Notes: generated from the letters alone by a model not told the origin. A stretch of 64,000 bases of DNA from Octopus sinensis (GCF_006345805.1 NC_043001.1:127224001-127288000); one strand, 5' to 3'; positions 13,046 to 26,280 are shown, numbered from the stretch's first letter. Numbers and translations: made by a program.

Positions 13046-13107
<62 letters not shown>

Positions 13108-13229
13108 TGCAGGAAGATATATTTATTGTTGCTAGTTTTAGAAAGGGATGGGTCAACTTAGTTTACTTGCGCAAAGATGAAAAAAGTAAGAACAAAAAAA
13201 AACCTAAGCTTACGTACACGAGTCATACC

Positions 13230-13448
13230 GACTCATAAGGGCCGGTTTCCCGGTTTCATGGCGTTTATAATCCCTACCTTGATGGGCCACCGGTCTGTCA
13301 CATGATTACTCATTATTGCCAGCTGAGTGAACTGGAGCAACGTGAATTTAAATGTTTTACACAAGAACACAACGCGTCGACGGACCAGGAATCGAAACCA
13401 CAATCTTCCGAACATGAGTCTAACACTCTAACCACTAAGCCACGCGCA
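13230..13448 (-). mobile_element. tRNA-derived SINE, head 2 + tail Z
   Basis: GCGCGTGGCTTAGTGGTTAG head, GTTGTGTTCTTG...GCTCCAGTTCACTCAGCTGG core and GAAACCGGCCCTTATGAG tail. An older copy lies at 15140-15348. Confidence 0.8.
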
Positions 13449-13579
13449 AATCCCACTACAGAGACAATATCAATATATACCAGAACAACACATACGTGCA
13501 ATCGATTAGGGAAACAGGGACGAATTATAAAACATTCCACGGATTCATGAGTTGAGGTCCCTGAGTGGACATATCTTTA

Positions 13580-13912
13580 TTTTATCTTTTCGTTGTTTCA
13601 GTCATTGGACTGCGGTCAAAGTGGGGAACCGCCTTGAAGAATATTTAGTCCAGTGCTTTTTGTCTAAACTTACAGAGACGTAAACACACCAACACCGATT
13701 GTCAAGCAGTGGTGGGGGACAACACACACACGCGCGCGCACAAACGCACATATACATACATACGACGAGCTTCTTTCAGTTTCCGTCTACCAAATCCACT
13801 CACAGGGATTTAGTCGACCTCAGGATACAGTTGAAGACACTTGCTCTGGATGCCACGCAGTAAGACTGAACCTGGAACAATGTGGTTGGGAAGCAAGCTT
13901 CTTACTACACAG
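13580..13912 (-). mobile_element. SINE family C, diverged
   Basis: Alignable by eye to the other family C copies. Confidence 0.75.
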
Positions 13913-14112
13913 CCTATTCTTATTTCCAAGCCACGACTGTGAGTATATGCACACATACACGCATGCGCATTGTATACAAGTGCATGCACAAGCATAAACA
14001 GTAATGAAACATACGCACTTGTGTTCTATTATGACATGCGCACCTACGAGTGCAAGTATGCACATACATACACATACGCACAGCACCCTTATATATATGC
14101 CTACATAAATTA

Positions 14113-14790
14113 TTAGGTCGTCAAGTATGAAATTGTAGTAAGGTATACGGTAAACTTTGACAGCTGCTCATTTTGTACCATTATTATATTTTGACAATCT
14201 TTATTTTTTTTTAGAAAGCTGATATATCAATTTCTTTATTCTAACTCATTTTGCACTTAATAAATTATTTATAAATCGTTTATTGCTATTTTTGTTTAGA
14301 AATGGATAAGTCGGAAATTCGTAGTTTTGAAATATGAGTTCTTTCTTGGAAATACAGTATCACAGGCAGCTCGGAACATTAATGGAGTATTTCGTTCTAA
14401 TGAAATACAGCAGACAGATGGTTTGCAAAATTTCGTTCCGGTAACTTTGACCTCACAAATGAGCAACGCGGTCGACCAGAAACAAAGGTGGATAATGACG
14501 AATTGAAGGCCACCGTCGAGTCAGATCCATCTGAAAGTGCCCGTGGATTATCGTTGTTGTTTGGTGTTAGCAAGCAAACAATATTGACTCACCTAGTTCA
14601 AACCGGTAAAGTGGAAACATTTGGATAAGTGAGTTCCACATGAACTCAATGAAAATTAGAAACAGCAACGTTTAGAAGCCTGCATTATGCGACTTTCTTG
14701 TCACAAAATGAATCATTTTTGAATCGAATTGTAACATGTGATGAGAAATAGATCCAATACAACAACCGTAAACGTTTACGGTTGTTGTAT
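14113..14790 (+). mobile_element. Mariner (Hsmar1/cecropia-like) transposon fragment, 3'-truncated
   Basis: TA|TTAGGT TIR start. From ATG 14302 the decayed transposase reads MDKSEIR...QAARNIN...WFAKFRSGNFDL...RGRP...(W)VPHEL...RIVTCDEK. Confidence 0.85.
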
Positions 14791-15879
14791 TGGATCTATA
14801 TATACAGCCGGTGTTGGTTTGCTTACGTCCCCGTAAATTAGCAGTTCTGCATAAGAAACTGACAGAATAAGTACCAGGCTTTAAAACATAAATTCTGGGA
14901 TGGATTCTTTCGACTTAAAACCCTTCGAGACACTTCCCCATCATGGCCGCGGTCCAATGACCTATCTATTTCTCTTTTAATTGTTTCTGTTTAGCACCCC
15001 TTAGCCCTGATCGAATCACGAGCAATGACATTTCACCCTTGATTGGAAATACACAATTTCATGTACTTCCGGAACTATGTTAGTTTCAAATTTTTGACAC
15101 AAGACCAGCAATTTCGGTAAAAATTTCTCGAGTCATGCCAACTCATAAGGGCCGATTTCCGGTTTCGTGGTATTTAAATTACCCACCAGGCCAGGACGCT
15201 GGTCCATCGCAGGATTAATCATTTTTCCCAGCTGAGTGGACTGGAGTAGCGTGAAATGAAGTGTTTCGCTCAAGAACTCAACGTGTTGCCATGTGCAGGA
15301 ATCGAAACCACAATCTTACAATCATGAGTACAACACCCTAACCACTACCAAATCTATTCAAAGGCTTTATTCAGCCCGAAGCTGCAGTAGAAAACACTTG
15401 CCCAAGGTGCCACGTTCCCTATGGAGAAAAGACCACCGATGACTTTTCTTCACTCTTCTCGACTCTGGGCTGATGTTTCCCTGAGGAAAAGCCTTCCTCT
15501 CCCAGGTCTTGATTTTAAATTGTCATCGATGCTTCTGCAACTTTGCTTTCTTCAGAGAGGCATGTAGGCTCTAATCAAACTCAATTTTACGTCTACCAGG
15601 AGTTTGCACTCCGCTGGTATAACTCTCAGTGTCACTGAAGTATACTAGCCACAACACCGCAAAGACTGAACCCTTTGGTGGAATGTTACATAGATACAAA
15701 ACATAATTTTACTATCGATTCCAAATTCTTTGTGCATAATTTTTATTTAGGTACGTGAGATACAGAAAAAAAAAAGAAAAGCAACCGAAGAGATATCGAA
15801 AGGCATTATTTTTATTTTCGATATTGTAACGATTCTTCCTATTTACGAAGCAGATGCCTATATGAAATATTGGATTAAA

Positions 15880-16070
15880 ATTTTGGTACTAGGCCAGAAA
15901 TTTGTACTCAACTGGTACTTATTCCCTAATGGATGAAAGGCGAAGTCGATCACGACGAAATTTGTACTTAGAACGTAAAGCCGGTCGAAATACCACCAAG
16001 CATTTTGTACGGCGTACTAAGGGTTCCACTAGCTCGTGCTAAGGATTCTGCCAGCTCGCTACCTTTTACT
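15880..16070 (-). mobile_element. SINE family B, diverged
   Basis: Core and head similarity to other family B copies. Confidence 0.65.
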
Positions 16071-16324
16071 TATGTAAAATACTGAAATGAGTATTAGTTT
16101 TCAAAATAAAGAACATTTATTAAATTAAAGTAAATTAAGATCAAAAAATTTTCTTATGTATATGAGCAATAAATATATATTATGATAAATATATATTATC
16201 AATAACAATAATACTGTTTAGATATGAATTAATTATAGATGTACCTCATTGATTAATAATATATATATTTTTTTCTTTTAGCGTGACCAAGTAAGCAACA
16301 GTGAATATTATTTGTAATGATAAG

Positions 16325-16535
16325 AGTTAGCAGAATAATTAGCACGCCAGATAACAATACTCAACGACATCTCATCTGTCTTTACGTTCTGAGTTCAAAG
16401 TCCACCGAGGTCGACTTTGTCTTTCATTCTTACGGAGTAAATAAAATAAATACCAGTTTCGCATTGGGATCTATATAATCGACTATGCTCATTCTCCCAA
16501 AATGTCAGGTCTTGTGTATGTAGTCGAAAGGACTT
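16325..16535 (+). mobile_element. SINE family B, diverged
   Basis: TACGTTCTGAGTTCAAAGTCCACCGAGGTCGACTTTG motif. Confidence 0.7.
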
Positions 16536-17004
16536 GAAGACTGATACTTTCCCCTTTAACCAAGCACTCATCAATTTTTTTCAAGTTTCACTTGAAAAGG
16601 AAAGTTAGGGTGGAGAGGAAAGAGCTGCCTTCCAACAATTTTGTTAAAAGGTAGGTGAATGTTGCATAAATGGTCCGAGTGAACGGGCCTGCTCAAAGCA
16701 TGCACTTGTAGATTGAAGCAGGACGATGTGAGGGAGCACTTGCCCCAATGGTCAGGGCGACTATCGTTTTGTGTGGTCTCCACGAATAGCCATAGGTAGT
16801 TTCACTCTTTTGAGAAATTATCCATTGTTATCATTTCATTTTGTTAGTGCTTTTACCGTTTAAACCCATTTTATCTAATCCCACATTATATTGTCCTGTA
16901 CCGTCCCTAATGCTTTTTGTAAACCCTTAGTGGTTAATAAAGAAAACATTATCATCATCATCATCATCATCATCATCATTAATTATTATTATTGATTATT
17001 ATTA

Positions 17005-17035
<31 letters not shown>

Positions 17036-17375
17036 GTTATATTATTGTTATTATTATGTTATTATTATTATTATCATTATTATTATTATTATTATTATTA
17101 TTACCTAGCGAGATCGAGGTTTCAGTTCCAAGACCGGGTTCTGCATTGTGTTCTTGAGCAAAACCCTTCATCTCAGGTTGCTCTGCGATCATTTCGACAC
17201 CTGACTCTAGCACCTATTCAGGCAACGTCGATTTGATGGCGGGAGTGAGCTAATGTACGGCGCATACATTTGATCACTATATACAAATCATTTGTGCAGG
17301 TCGTTCGACAAAAGTTCAACGGTCATACGTTGTCTTCGACGGGAGGGTCCATCATCATCATTATTATTATTATTA

Positions 17376-17420
<45 letters not shown>

Positions 17421-17465
17421 CATCATCATCATCATCATCATTATCATTATTATTTTTTTTTCTTC

Positions 17466-17940
17466 TTTCAAATTTGCTTCCATTTCTTGCCGAGTGTCTT
17501 CCCGACTCCTAGGGCAAAGAAACTCATAGTATACATTGGTAGGCCATTAAACTAAACTCAATAGTTCGTTCATTTTTTTTTCTTAAGTTAAATTAAAATA
17601 CATGGGTAGTAATAGTTCTCACATCGACAATGCCCTTCTCAATACGTGTGATGTACCAGTTAAGACAATATTTTGCACTTCTTGCAGAGATGGTAAGCCA
17701 GGGATCATTCTCATATAATTTTCGGTTCCCTTCTTGATCATTCCTAGTGCTCCTACGATCACTGGTATTGTAACCGCCTTGAGATGCCACATTTTCTCAA
17801 TTTCAATGAGCAGGTCTTTATATTTTCTGAGCTTGTCAAACTCTTTCGCCGAGATATTATGATCACAGGAGATGTCGATCAATAAGCAAACTTTATTGTT
17901 TTGGTCTTTCTTATTATGATCACAGGGGATGCTCATGCTT
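17466..17940 (-). mobile_element. R4/Dong-like element, 3' fragment (RLE domain plus 3' UTR) in (AAT)n
   Basis: ORF 17619-17936 LLIDIS.D.NI.AKEFDKL.KYKDL.IEI..MW.LK..TIPVIVGALG. (AAT)n on both sense flanks. Confidence 0.88.
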
Positions 17941-17969
17941 ATTATTATTATTATTATTATTGATAAGGT

Positions 17970-18180
17970 GACGGGCTAGCAGAATTTTCACACGCCGCGC
18001 AGAAGGTTAACCGCATTTCGTCCGTTTTTACGTTCTGAGTTCAAATTCCGCCGAGGTCGAGTTTGCCTTTTATCCTTTCGGGACCGATAAAATAAGTGCC
18101 AGTCGGGCACTGGGGTTGATGTAATCGACTTATCCCCCTGCCCCAAACTTGCTGGTCTTGCGCCAAAATTTGAAACCATT
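17970..18180 (+). mobile_element. SINE family B
   Basis: Standard head and core, with the tail ending GAAACC(ATT)n. Confidence 0.85.
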
Positions 18181-18204
18181 ATTATTATTATTATTTATTA
18201 TTAT

Positions 18205-18531
18205 TATTCTATGTTTGACTTTTGCTCTGTCTGTACAAGTTGGCTCCAAGTCTCACCCAGAGACCTCAAGAGACAACAGGTTGGAAGTTCACGTTGTTGT
18301 TATGCCTAGTGTGCCATATATTTGGTTGTTTTTTTTTGTGTTGTACTAGTGAATGTCTAATAAATAATTTAAAAAAAAAGAAAAAAAAGTTTGTTTTAAA
18401 CCTTGGGATTACATAGAGAGTATTTTGCGTAGGATATGAGCAGTTCCCATGAGCACTATCTTTTTTCATTTCTGCCATTTTGGGGTTTCCTGGTATCTGA
18501 GTTAGGTAGCAATCAGCCCCTTTCGCTATCA
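18205..18531 (-). mobile_element. R4/Dong-like 3' end, same family as 55590-57310
   Basis: 3' UTR GAGACTTGGAGCCAACTTGTAC is shared with 55590-55660. (AAT)n flanks. Confidence 0.8.
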
Positions 18532-18574
18532 TTCCTATTATTATTATAATTATTATTATTATTATTATTATTAC

Positions 18575-18609
<35 letters not shown>

Positions 18610-18819
18610 GGTAGTTTTATTTTTATAGCGTGCTTTCACTTCACTACCGAGCGCAGCTCTGTGTGCCTTGGGTATGTGCTGTGATTTGTTGTGATGCTCT
18701 GATGGTTATTGTATGGAAAGTGTTCTGCGTAGGATGTGTGCAGTGCCTAGTAGTGTAATTTTCTGTATGTTATATGTGTTTGTAAGTCCTGGTGTTTTTG
18801 TTATGTATTTGTCTGAATA

Positions 18820-18822
<3 letters not shown>
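18610..18822 (-). mobile_element. R4/Dong-like 3' end (family of unit U)
   Basis: Encodes KITLLGTAHILRRTLSIQ*. 3' UTR AAGGCACACAGAGCTGCGCTCGGTAGTGAAGTGAAAG. (AAT)n flanks. Confidence 0.8.
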
Positions 18823-18869
<47 letters not shown>

Positions 18870-19201
18870 GATAAAACAGAAATTAGTAGTAACGAGAAAA
18901 CGTTATCGTGTTATGAAATAAACAGGGCATTAACGTGCCATAAAAAAAATATGTAAGAATGCCCCTAAGGGTCACAAGTGTAGATTTTACCCGAAATGTG
19001 AAATAAGTGTGACGGGGTGATCGGAGCTACATCTTTAACCATAGGTTTCCTCAATCAGTGCGAACCTATGGTTGAGCAACAAGTGAATATAAAAAAAATA
19101 AACGAATAAAATTTTTTAAAAAATAAAAAAGAAAGAAAAAGAAAACAAAAATAAGAGACGTAAGCAAAATCTTATGAAAGTATAAAAAAGCCCTTCCTTA
19201 C

Positions 19202-19316
19202 CATAATCAAGACCTTTTTGCGTTATACGCGTGACTACGCCTGGGTCTCCAGCTGAGCTGGTTTTCATTAGAAACAGCCCGAGAATTACGGAAGAAAGAA
19301 AGACGTCGGTTAGCAT
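19202..19316 (-). CDS. LBP/BPI: LBP/BPI-family gene, coding exon 1 (signal peptide plus BPI N-terminus; 115 nt, phase 1)
   Basis: MLTDVFLSSVILGLFLMKTSSAGDPGVVTRITQKGLDY|gtaag: a hydrophobic leader followed by the (N/D)PGVVxRIxQKGLDY signature of BPI/LBP. Confidence 0.92.
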
Positions 19317-19384
19317 TTTGTAATCAGCTTCAGTGAAGTCAAGCTGTGTGTGAAGTCTGTTTATTAAAATAAAATGATCCCGTC

Positions 19385-19392
19385 TTTTTATA
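19385..19392 (-). promoter_or_regulatory. TATA box candidate of the LBP/BPI gene
   Basis: TATAAAAA 76 nt upstream of the ATG. This would place the TSS near 19360 with a short 5' UTR. Confidence 0.5.
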
Positions 19393-19415
19393 TGCCGATA
19401 TCCTTTTTGTTGGTA

Positions 19416-19458
<43 letters not shown>

Positions 19459-20084
19459 GTAGTAGTAGTAGTAGTAGTAGTAATAGGGTGGTATTGTATT
19501 GTTACTGTTGCTCCTGTAATGTATATTCTTGATTGTATCTGTATATATATATTGTATATTATATTATATATGTATAATATATATATATATATAATATATA
19601 TATATTATATATATATTATATATATATATATATTATATATTATATATATATATATATGTATGTATGTATGTATGTATGATGATGTATGGTGTGTGTGTGT
19701 GTATGACATTGTTTATATGTGTGTAATTATATTCACTCACATACACATTGCAATAATATATGTGTATGTATACTATTATATATATCATTCATACACTTAA
19801 TTATGTATTATACAATTGTATACACATGTATACAAACACACATATATACATGTACATATATACATTAATGTGTGTATATGTGTGGTGTGTGTGTGTGTGT
19901 CGTTTGAAATCATGAAAGAGTGAACACGAAAAAGAATAACACATACAAACAATAACAAAAAATGAAAGAAATAAGCTAATATATACTTATAATTCAGGGT
20001 TAATTATAAGACAAGTACACTGACACATTCACACAACTACATATATACTGTTCACACCTTACAATCATGTGTGTGTGTGTGTGT

Positions 20085-20135
<51 letters not shown>

Positions 20136-20271
20136 TGTGTGGTGTGTGTGTGTGTGTGTGTGTGCGAATGTGTGTTGTGTTTACCGTTTCTAATTATTTT
20201 TCATTGCCAACAAGGAAACGAAAAAAGAAAAGACAAAAGTGACATGGAAAAAGCAACTCTGCAAAACACAG

Positions 20272-20304
<33 letters not shown>

Positions 20305-20611
20305 ACACACACACACACAGATACACACACAGATACACACACACACAGACACACACACACACACACAGATACACACACACACACACGGATACACACACAC
20401 ACACACGGATACACACACACACACACGGATACACACACACGCACACACACATGCACACACACGCACGTACATACACACAGATGTTAGTTGATGCTCATAC
20501 ACATGTACACAAGACATGTTTGCATCTATACATACATACATACACATATATATATATACATATATATATATACAATATATATATATATATATATATAATA
20601 TATATATATAT

Positions 20612-20658
<47 letters not shown>

Positions 20659-21471
20659 CCGTGTGTGTATCTGTGTCTATGTGTACGTGTGTCTGTGAGT
20701 GCGTGTATACATACATGCATACATACATACATACATACATACATACATACATACATACATACGTACATACATACATACATACATACATACATACATACAT
20801 ACATACATGCATACATACATACATACATACATACATAAACATCCTCATGCACAAAAGGCAAACCAGAAACTGAATAGAAAACATGAACGAGGATAAAAGA
20901 AAAGAGACCCAGACAAAGCAGAGGTGGGGGAGAAGAAGGGGAGATAAGTGTGAAAAAGTAAAACACAATGAAGGGAAGAGAAGAGGGAGAGAGAGAGAGA
21001 CGAACAGAGAAAGTTAGAGAAAACTTACTGTGGAAATAATACGTGAAACAAAACTAAGAGAGGAACAAACAGAGACAGCAATAGAGAGATGGAGAGATAA
21101 GTGTGAAGAAAGAATAAGTGAAACACACGAAGAGAGAGAGAGAGAGAGATAGAGGTGAGGTATAGGGCAAATATAAAAGCCAAACCAAGCCAAGAAATAA
21201 GAACTTGAGAACTCGGGAGAGAGATTAACCTACCTTTAGTTAATTACAGAACCCACGGTAGCACAAGGTTAATGAATAGGAAAGAGAGATAAAAAAGACC
21301 GCGACTCTACTTCGTCGTAGGGTTTCGGTATTGACGTTGGGAAGAGTGGTATACAGGAACTTATGTGTGTATGTAGCATACATGCATACATGCATACATA
21401 CATACATACTACATACATACATACATACATACATACATACATACATACATCAACATACATATATATATTAT

Positions 21472-21518
<47 letters not shown>

Positions 21519-21789
21519 AAGACTGAGGGGTTTAGTTCACTAGTGATCTAAACAAATAGGTATGCTGAATAAGTGCTAAAGTCCGTAAGATTCAGATTCC
21601 CAGCAGGGGGGTTGGATCTAGGGACTGTATTAGGGTTCCGTTATAGCGGGTATATATTATTATATTACAGGAAAAAGCAAAGCCAAGGCAGAACTTGAGA
21701 TTCTCGTTCTGCTTGGTTTTGCTTTTTCCTAGAATATATAGATATGTATATGTATATATATATATATATATATCTATATATATTATATA

Positions 21790-21967
21790 TATCACGTGAT
21801 TACGTGACCGACCAGACCATCAGATGTTGCTACACATCGCTGGTCACAATGCGTTCGCATTGTTTTAGCCTTCGAACGACGCCACCCCGCTGGCTAAGCG
21901 AGCAGGCCAACAGAAAAAAGAGTGGGAGAAAGAGTGGTGGAAGAGTACAGCAGGGATCACCACATCC
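21790..21967 (-). mobile_element. 5'-truncated SINE, head 1 + tail Y
   Basis: Near-identical to 11700-11870. Confidence 0.85.
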
Positions 21968-22020
21968 TTAATCATATCATATATATAATATATATATTAA
22001 TCATATCATATATATATATA

Positions 22021-22391
22021 CTCTTTTACTCTTTTACTTGATTCAGTCATTTGACTGCGGCCATGCTGGAGCACCACCTTTAATCGAGCAACTCGACCCC
22101 GGGACTTATTCTTTTGTAATCCCAGTACTTATTCTATCGGTCTCTTTTGCCGAACCGCTAGGTAACGGGGACATAAACACACCAGCATCGGTTGTCAAGC
22201 AATGCTAGGGGGACAAACACAGACACACAAACACACACATGCATATATATATACATATATACGACGGGCTTCTTTTCAGTTTCCGTCGGCCCGAGGCTAT
22301 AGTAGAAGACACTTGCCCAAGGTGCCACGCAGTGGGACTGAACCCGGAACCATGTGGTTGGTAAACAAGCTACTTACCACACAGCCACTCC
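22021..22391 (-). mobile_element. SINE family C
   Basis: Full-length match with a short internal deletion. Confidence 0.88.
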
Positions 22392-22551
22392 TATATATAT
22401 ATATATATAATTTTCGGTTTTTAAAAGTTGGCATTTTTTTATTGCCGGCGAAGGACTGCGATTGCGCAGTAGATTTTGAAAAAAATAGGATGTATAATCA
22501 AGAGGTACGTAGTTTGATCGCCTCGTGTTTATATATTTAACCCAAGGTGTA

Positions 22552-22629
22552 CCTGCTGAGGACGATTTCACCTAGCGAGTATATGTTATTTTACTTGCTA
22601 AACTAAAATCAGAAACCTACTGGTCCAGG
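22552..22629 (+). ncRNA. Type I hammerhead ribozyme motif with extended stem II, GUC cleavage triplet
   Basis: CCTG-CTGAGGA-c-GATTT..TAGCGAGTA(loop)TACTTGCTA..AAATC-a-GAAA-CC(TACT)GG-TC-CAGG. The base pair 10.1/11.1 is a C/A mismatch. Confidence 0.65.
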
Positions 22630-22875
22630 AAATTAGATGGTAAAATGTTTTTATTTTTTCATTTCGTTCCTGCCGAATTTTATCCTAATTTTGTGGTTAT
22701 GGAACCTAGCTGTTCTTTCTAGCGTGTTGAATCCCACGAGTGGATTCCTCGTGTGCTTAAATGTGCATTGTATTTTATGACTAATATATAATCTTTGGAC
22801 TAAATTTTTACACGTTAGGCCACTGGAAATGAAAATTTTAATTAATTTCCATTTCCCTTTGATATGATTAAGTAT

Positions 22876-22991
<116 letters not shown>

Positions 22992-23377
22992 GTGTGTGTG
23001 TGGGTGTGTGTGCTTTTTCCATTATTACAATCAATAGCTGTTGCTGAATGTTAGTCAAAATATGTATTAACATTGAGAATTATATGAATATAATTTGCAG
23101 AGTTACTATATAACAAAGCAGGAAAGTGGAAATTTTTGGTATCATTCATTCTCCATTGGTCTGTTACGTACTACTACTAAAAAATGAGAACTCAATACTT
23201 CTATAAAGTAAAGATACTCATGAGGGAATTAGAAAGATCATTAACTCACAGTGATCCAACGGCCGTGAATCTTCATGTATGTATGTGTATGTAAACATGT
23301 GTGTGTACATATATAAATATAGATAGTTATACATACACACACACACACACACAATATATATATATACACGCACACAT

Positions 23378-23450
<73 letters not shown>

Positions 23451-24204
23451 ATATATATAATATATATGGAGTTAAACGCAAGTGTTATTCAAATTCTTTT
23501 ACTTCCTACACAAGTTTCGAAGATATCACTGGAAATATTCCAAAGGAATAAAATGGCGCAAAACAATGTAATCTTCTCTTCAGGAAGTGAAGAAACGAAA
23601 CTCATCAATAAGATATTTTAACAGAAAATGATGGATATGTATAGTGATTAACTGAACGCTCTTAAGATTGTTTCAAAAGCACGGCATAGGATATAACGTC
23701 AAAGATAGCCTATAGAAAGAGGAGGGATAAAAGAAATAAAAACTAAATAAATGAGAAGTATTTGACTATATGTATATTAAATAAAACCATATAGACTTGG
23801 AAAAAGATATATCTAGTGAATGTGAAGTGTAAGAAGAAAATTAATGTTTAAATTATATATAATGATACTTATATGAATTAAAGGTGTGTTTCTGCCAATA
23901 TTTACATCGGTATGCATGCTCTATAACCGTGTTTACAAGGGGATATTTAGAAAAATGAATAAAAAATAGTTCAGAATTACAGAGAAGACAGAATTCCTTG
24001 CCTTTGCAATAAGATATCAAAATTGAGAGAATCAACCATTCTAATTAAATTGTTTATTGTACTTTATTAGATTCCAAATTAATTTACTAAGCCCTGTACT
24101 GTTACGTTTATTCCTATCCCAAAATGTAGAGTAATGATTAGAAATTATTTTAGATAACTGAGATGTGCTTCTTATATAATATACATATACATATATATAT
24201 ATAA

Positions 24205-24615
24205 ACGCAATCCTGGCTGTGTGATAAGAAGTTCACTACCCTGCCACATGATTCAGACTTTAGTTACACTGCTACACTGCGTGACACACTGTGCAAGTGT
24301 CTTTTGCTATAGTGTCGGGCCGACCAAAGTCTTGTGGCTGGATTTGGTAGGCAAAAACTGAAAAAGCCTGTCGTGTACGTGTACGTGTACGTGTGTGTGT
24401 GTGTGACTTTGTTCTGTGTTTGTTCACTACCATCGCTTGACAGCTGATGTTGTTGCGTTTACATCCTCGTAAATTAACGGTACAGCAACAGATTCTGACA
24501 GAATAAGTACCAAACTTTTTTTTTAAATAAGTACTGGGGTCGATACATTTGACCAAAATTCTGCAAGGTGGCACCCCAGCATGGCTGCAGTCTAATGACT
24601 GAAGTATGTAAAAGA
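24205..24615 (+). mobile_element. SINE family C, diverged
   Basis: GCTGTGTGATAAGAAG head through GACTGAAGTATGTAAAAG tail. Confidence 0.75.
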
Positions 24616-25941
24616 TAAAATATATATCATATGTGTTTTTTTTTTATCAATTAATTTAAATGGATTTTTGTTATTGTAAGTTTTGAGCAAATATTTGCTC
24701 AAAAATTACCATAACAATTGCACGTACATAGTAATCTCTAATCAGTGTTCAGCCTGTTCTCATCTTGAAGAACTTTAGTAAGTCTTCTCTTTTACACAAT
24801 ATTACATTTGAGGTAAGTTATGATATTTCCACGTCTCTAGATGGGTGAAAATCAAGGGTGGCCATGGTGTTTTTAAATTACTATCATTAGCTTGATAGTT
24901 TTTTGGGTTTTTTTTCTTTTTGCTTTGTATTTTTTTTTTTTTCTTAGTGATTCCTATTGCGACTGTATGATGAATTTCTACGTGAGTAATACCTTGCCTT
25001 GAAACTGTTTTCCACCATCGGATATAAGATTTCGACATCAATCCATCAGTCAACTGAATTTCGTTTACTTTCATCAGGAAATGACGCGCCTTCCCTGGAA
25101 TAGTTACGTTTTTCAAACAAAGAAATCAAAATATAGATCTGAAAACGAAAAACGCATGTGGTAGTGATGATAATAAGGAAGAGTATGTCCAATACTACTA
25201 TGAAGTGTGATATCACATGCGCACAGCGAATTGTGTGTGCGCGTGTATGTGTGTGAGAGTGGTTGTATTGATATGGTGATGCAATTGCCGCTGTTGTCAT
25301 TTTTGTTTTGGTGGTAGTTGTTATAATGGTGGCAGTTGTTTTGATGGTGCTCGTGGTAGTGGTGGTCAGGGTAATGGCGTTGTTGGTAATGGTAGTGGCT
25401 ATCTTGTTTACGTGTTGCAGCGGCCATCTTGTTTATGTGTTGCACTATTGTTGTCGTTTTTCGTTTCGGCGGATGAGGCGGTAGTGGCGCTAGTAGTGGT
25501 CGTGGTGGTGGTAGCTGTCATTATGATGGTGGTTGTTCTGGTGGTGCTCGTGCTAGTTGCGCAGGTGTTGGTGATACTGTTGTCATTAATTTTTGGCTGT
25601 CACTCTTTTCATTATTGCTTAAGCCATTGTTAATGATGAAAAGCCTTTTCTATTCTTTGCTTTTTTTGTTTTTGTTTTGTTTTATTTTTTTTTGCCAATG
25701 TCATGGCTGTATTTGTTTTGCTGTATTTGTTGTTCCGCTTTGCTTTTCCTTCATCCTCTTTGTACACTTATTATTCTTATTCTTATTTTCATCCTTCTCA
25801 TCATCATGATCATCATGATCATCATCATTACTACGACTACTAGAAAATGCTTATAATTATTGTTTTCTTAATGCTAACACTTCGTAGTCAATAAAGAAGC
25901 CATCATCATCATCATCATCATCCTCATCATTATTATTATTA

Positions 25942-25976
<35 letters not shown>

Positions 25977-25977
25977 T

Positions 25978-26045
<68 letters not shown>

Positions 26046-26059
26046 TAAAGCATTTTTTT

Positions 26060-26275
26060 GAGGCGCGGCGAGCTGACAGAATCATTAGCACGCCAGGCAA
26101 AATGCTAAGCGGTATTTCGTCTGTCTTTACGTTCTGAATTCAAATTCCACGAGGTCGAATTTGCCTTTCATCTTTTCGGGGTCGATAAATTAATTACTAG
26201 TTAAACACTGGGGTCGATATAATCGACTAGTCCTCACCCAACAAATTTGAGGCCCTGTGCCTCCGGCAGAAAGGA
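26060..26275 (+). mobile_element. SINE family B in (ATT)n
   Basis: Near-identical to 27125-27340, 30420-30635 and 39391-39610. Confidence 0.88.
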
Positions 26276-26280
26276 TTATA

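Noticed and set aside
13113-13185. Plus-strand exon candidate EDIFIVASFRKGWVNLVYLRKDEK
   Set aside because: The pyrimidine tract is a (CT)n microsatellite, and there is no supporting homology.
24948-24981. Plus-strand 34-nt exon candidate with strong splice sites
   Set aside because: It is too short to assess, has no linked exons, and is compatible with chance.
25200-25640. Gly/Cys-rich structural protein (also 38525-38850)
   Set aside because: It is a degenerate (GNT)n tract open in several frames, with a frameshift between the Gly-rich parts and no splice signals.
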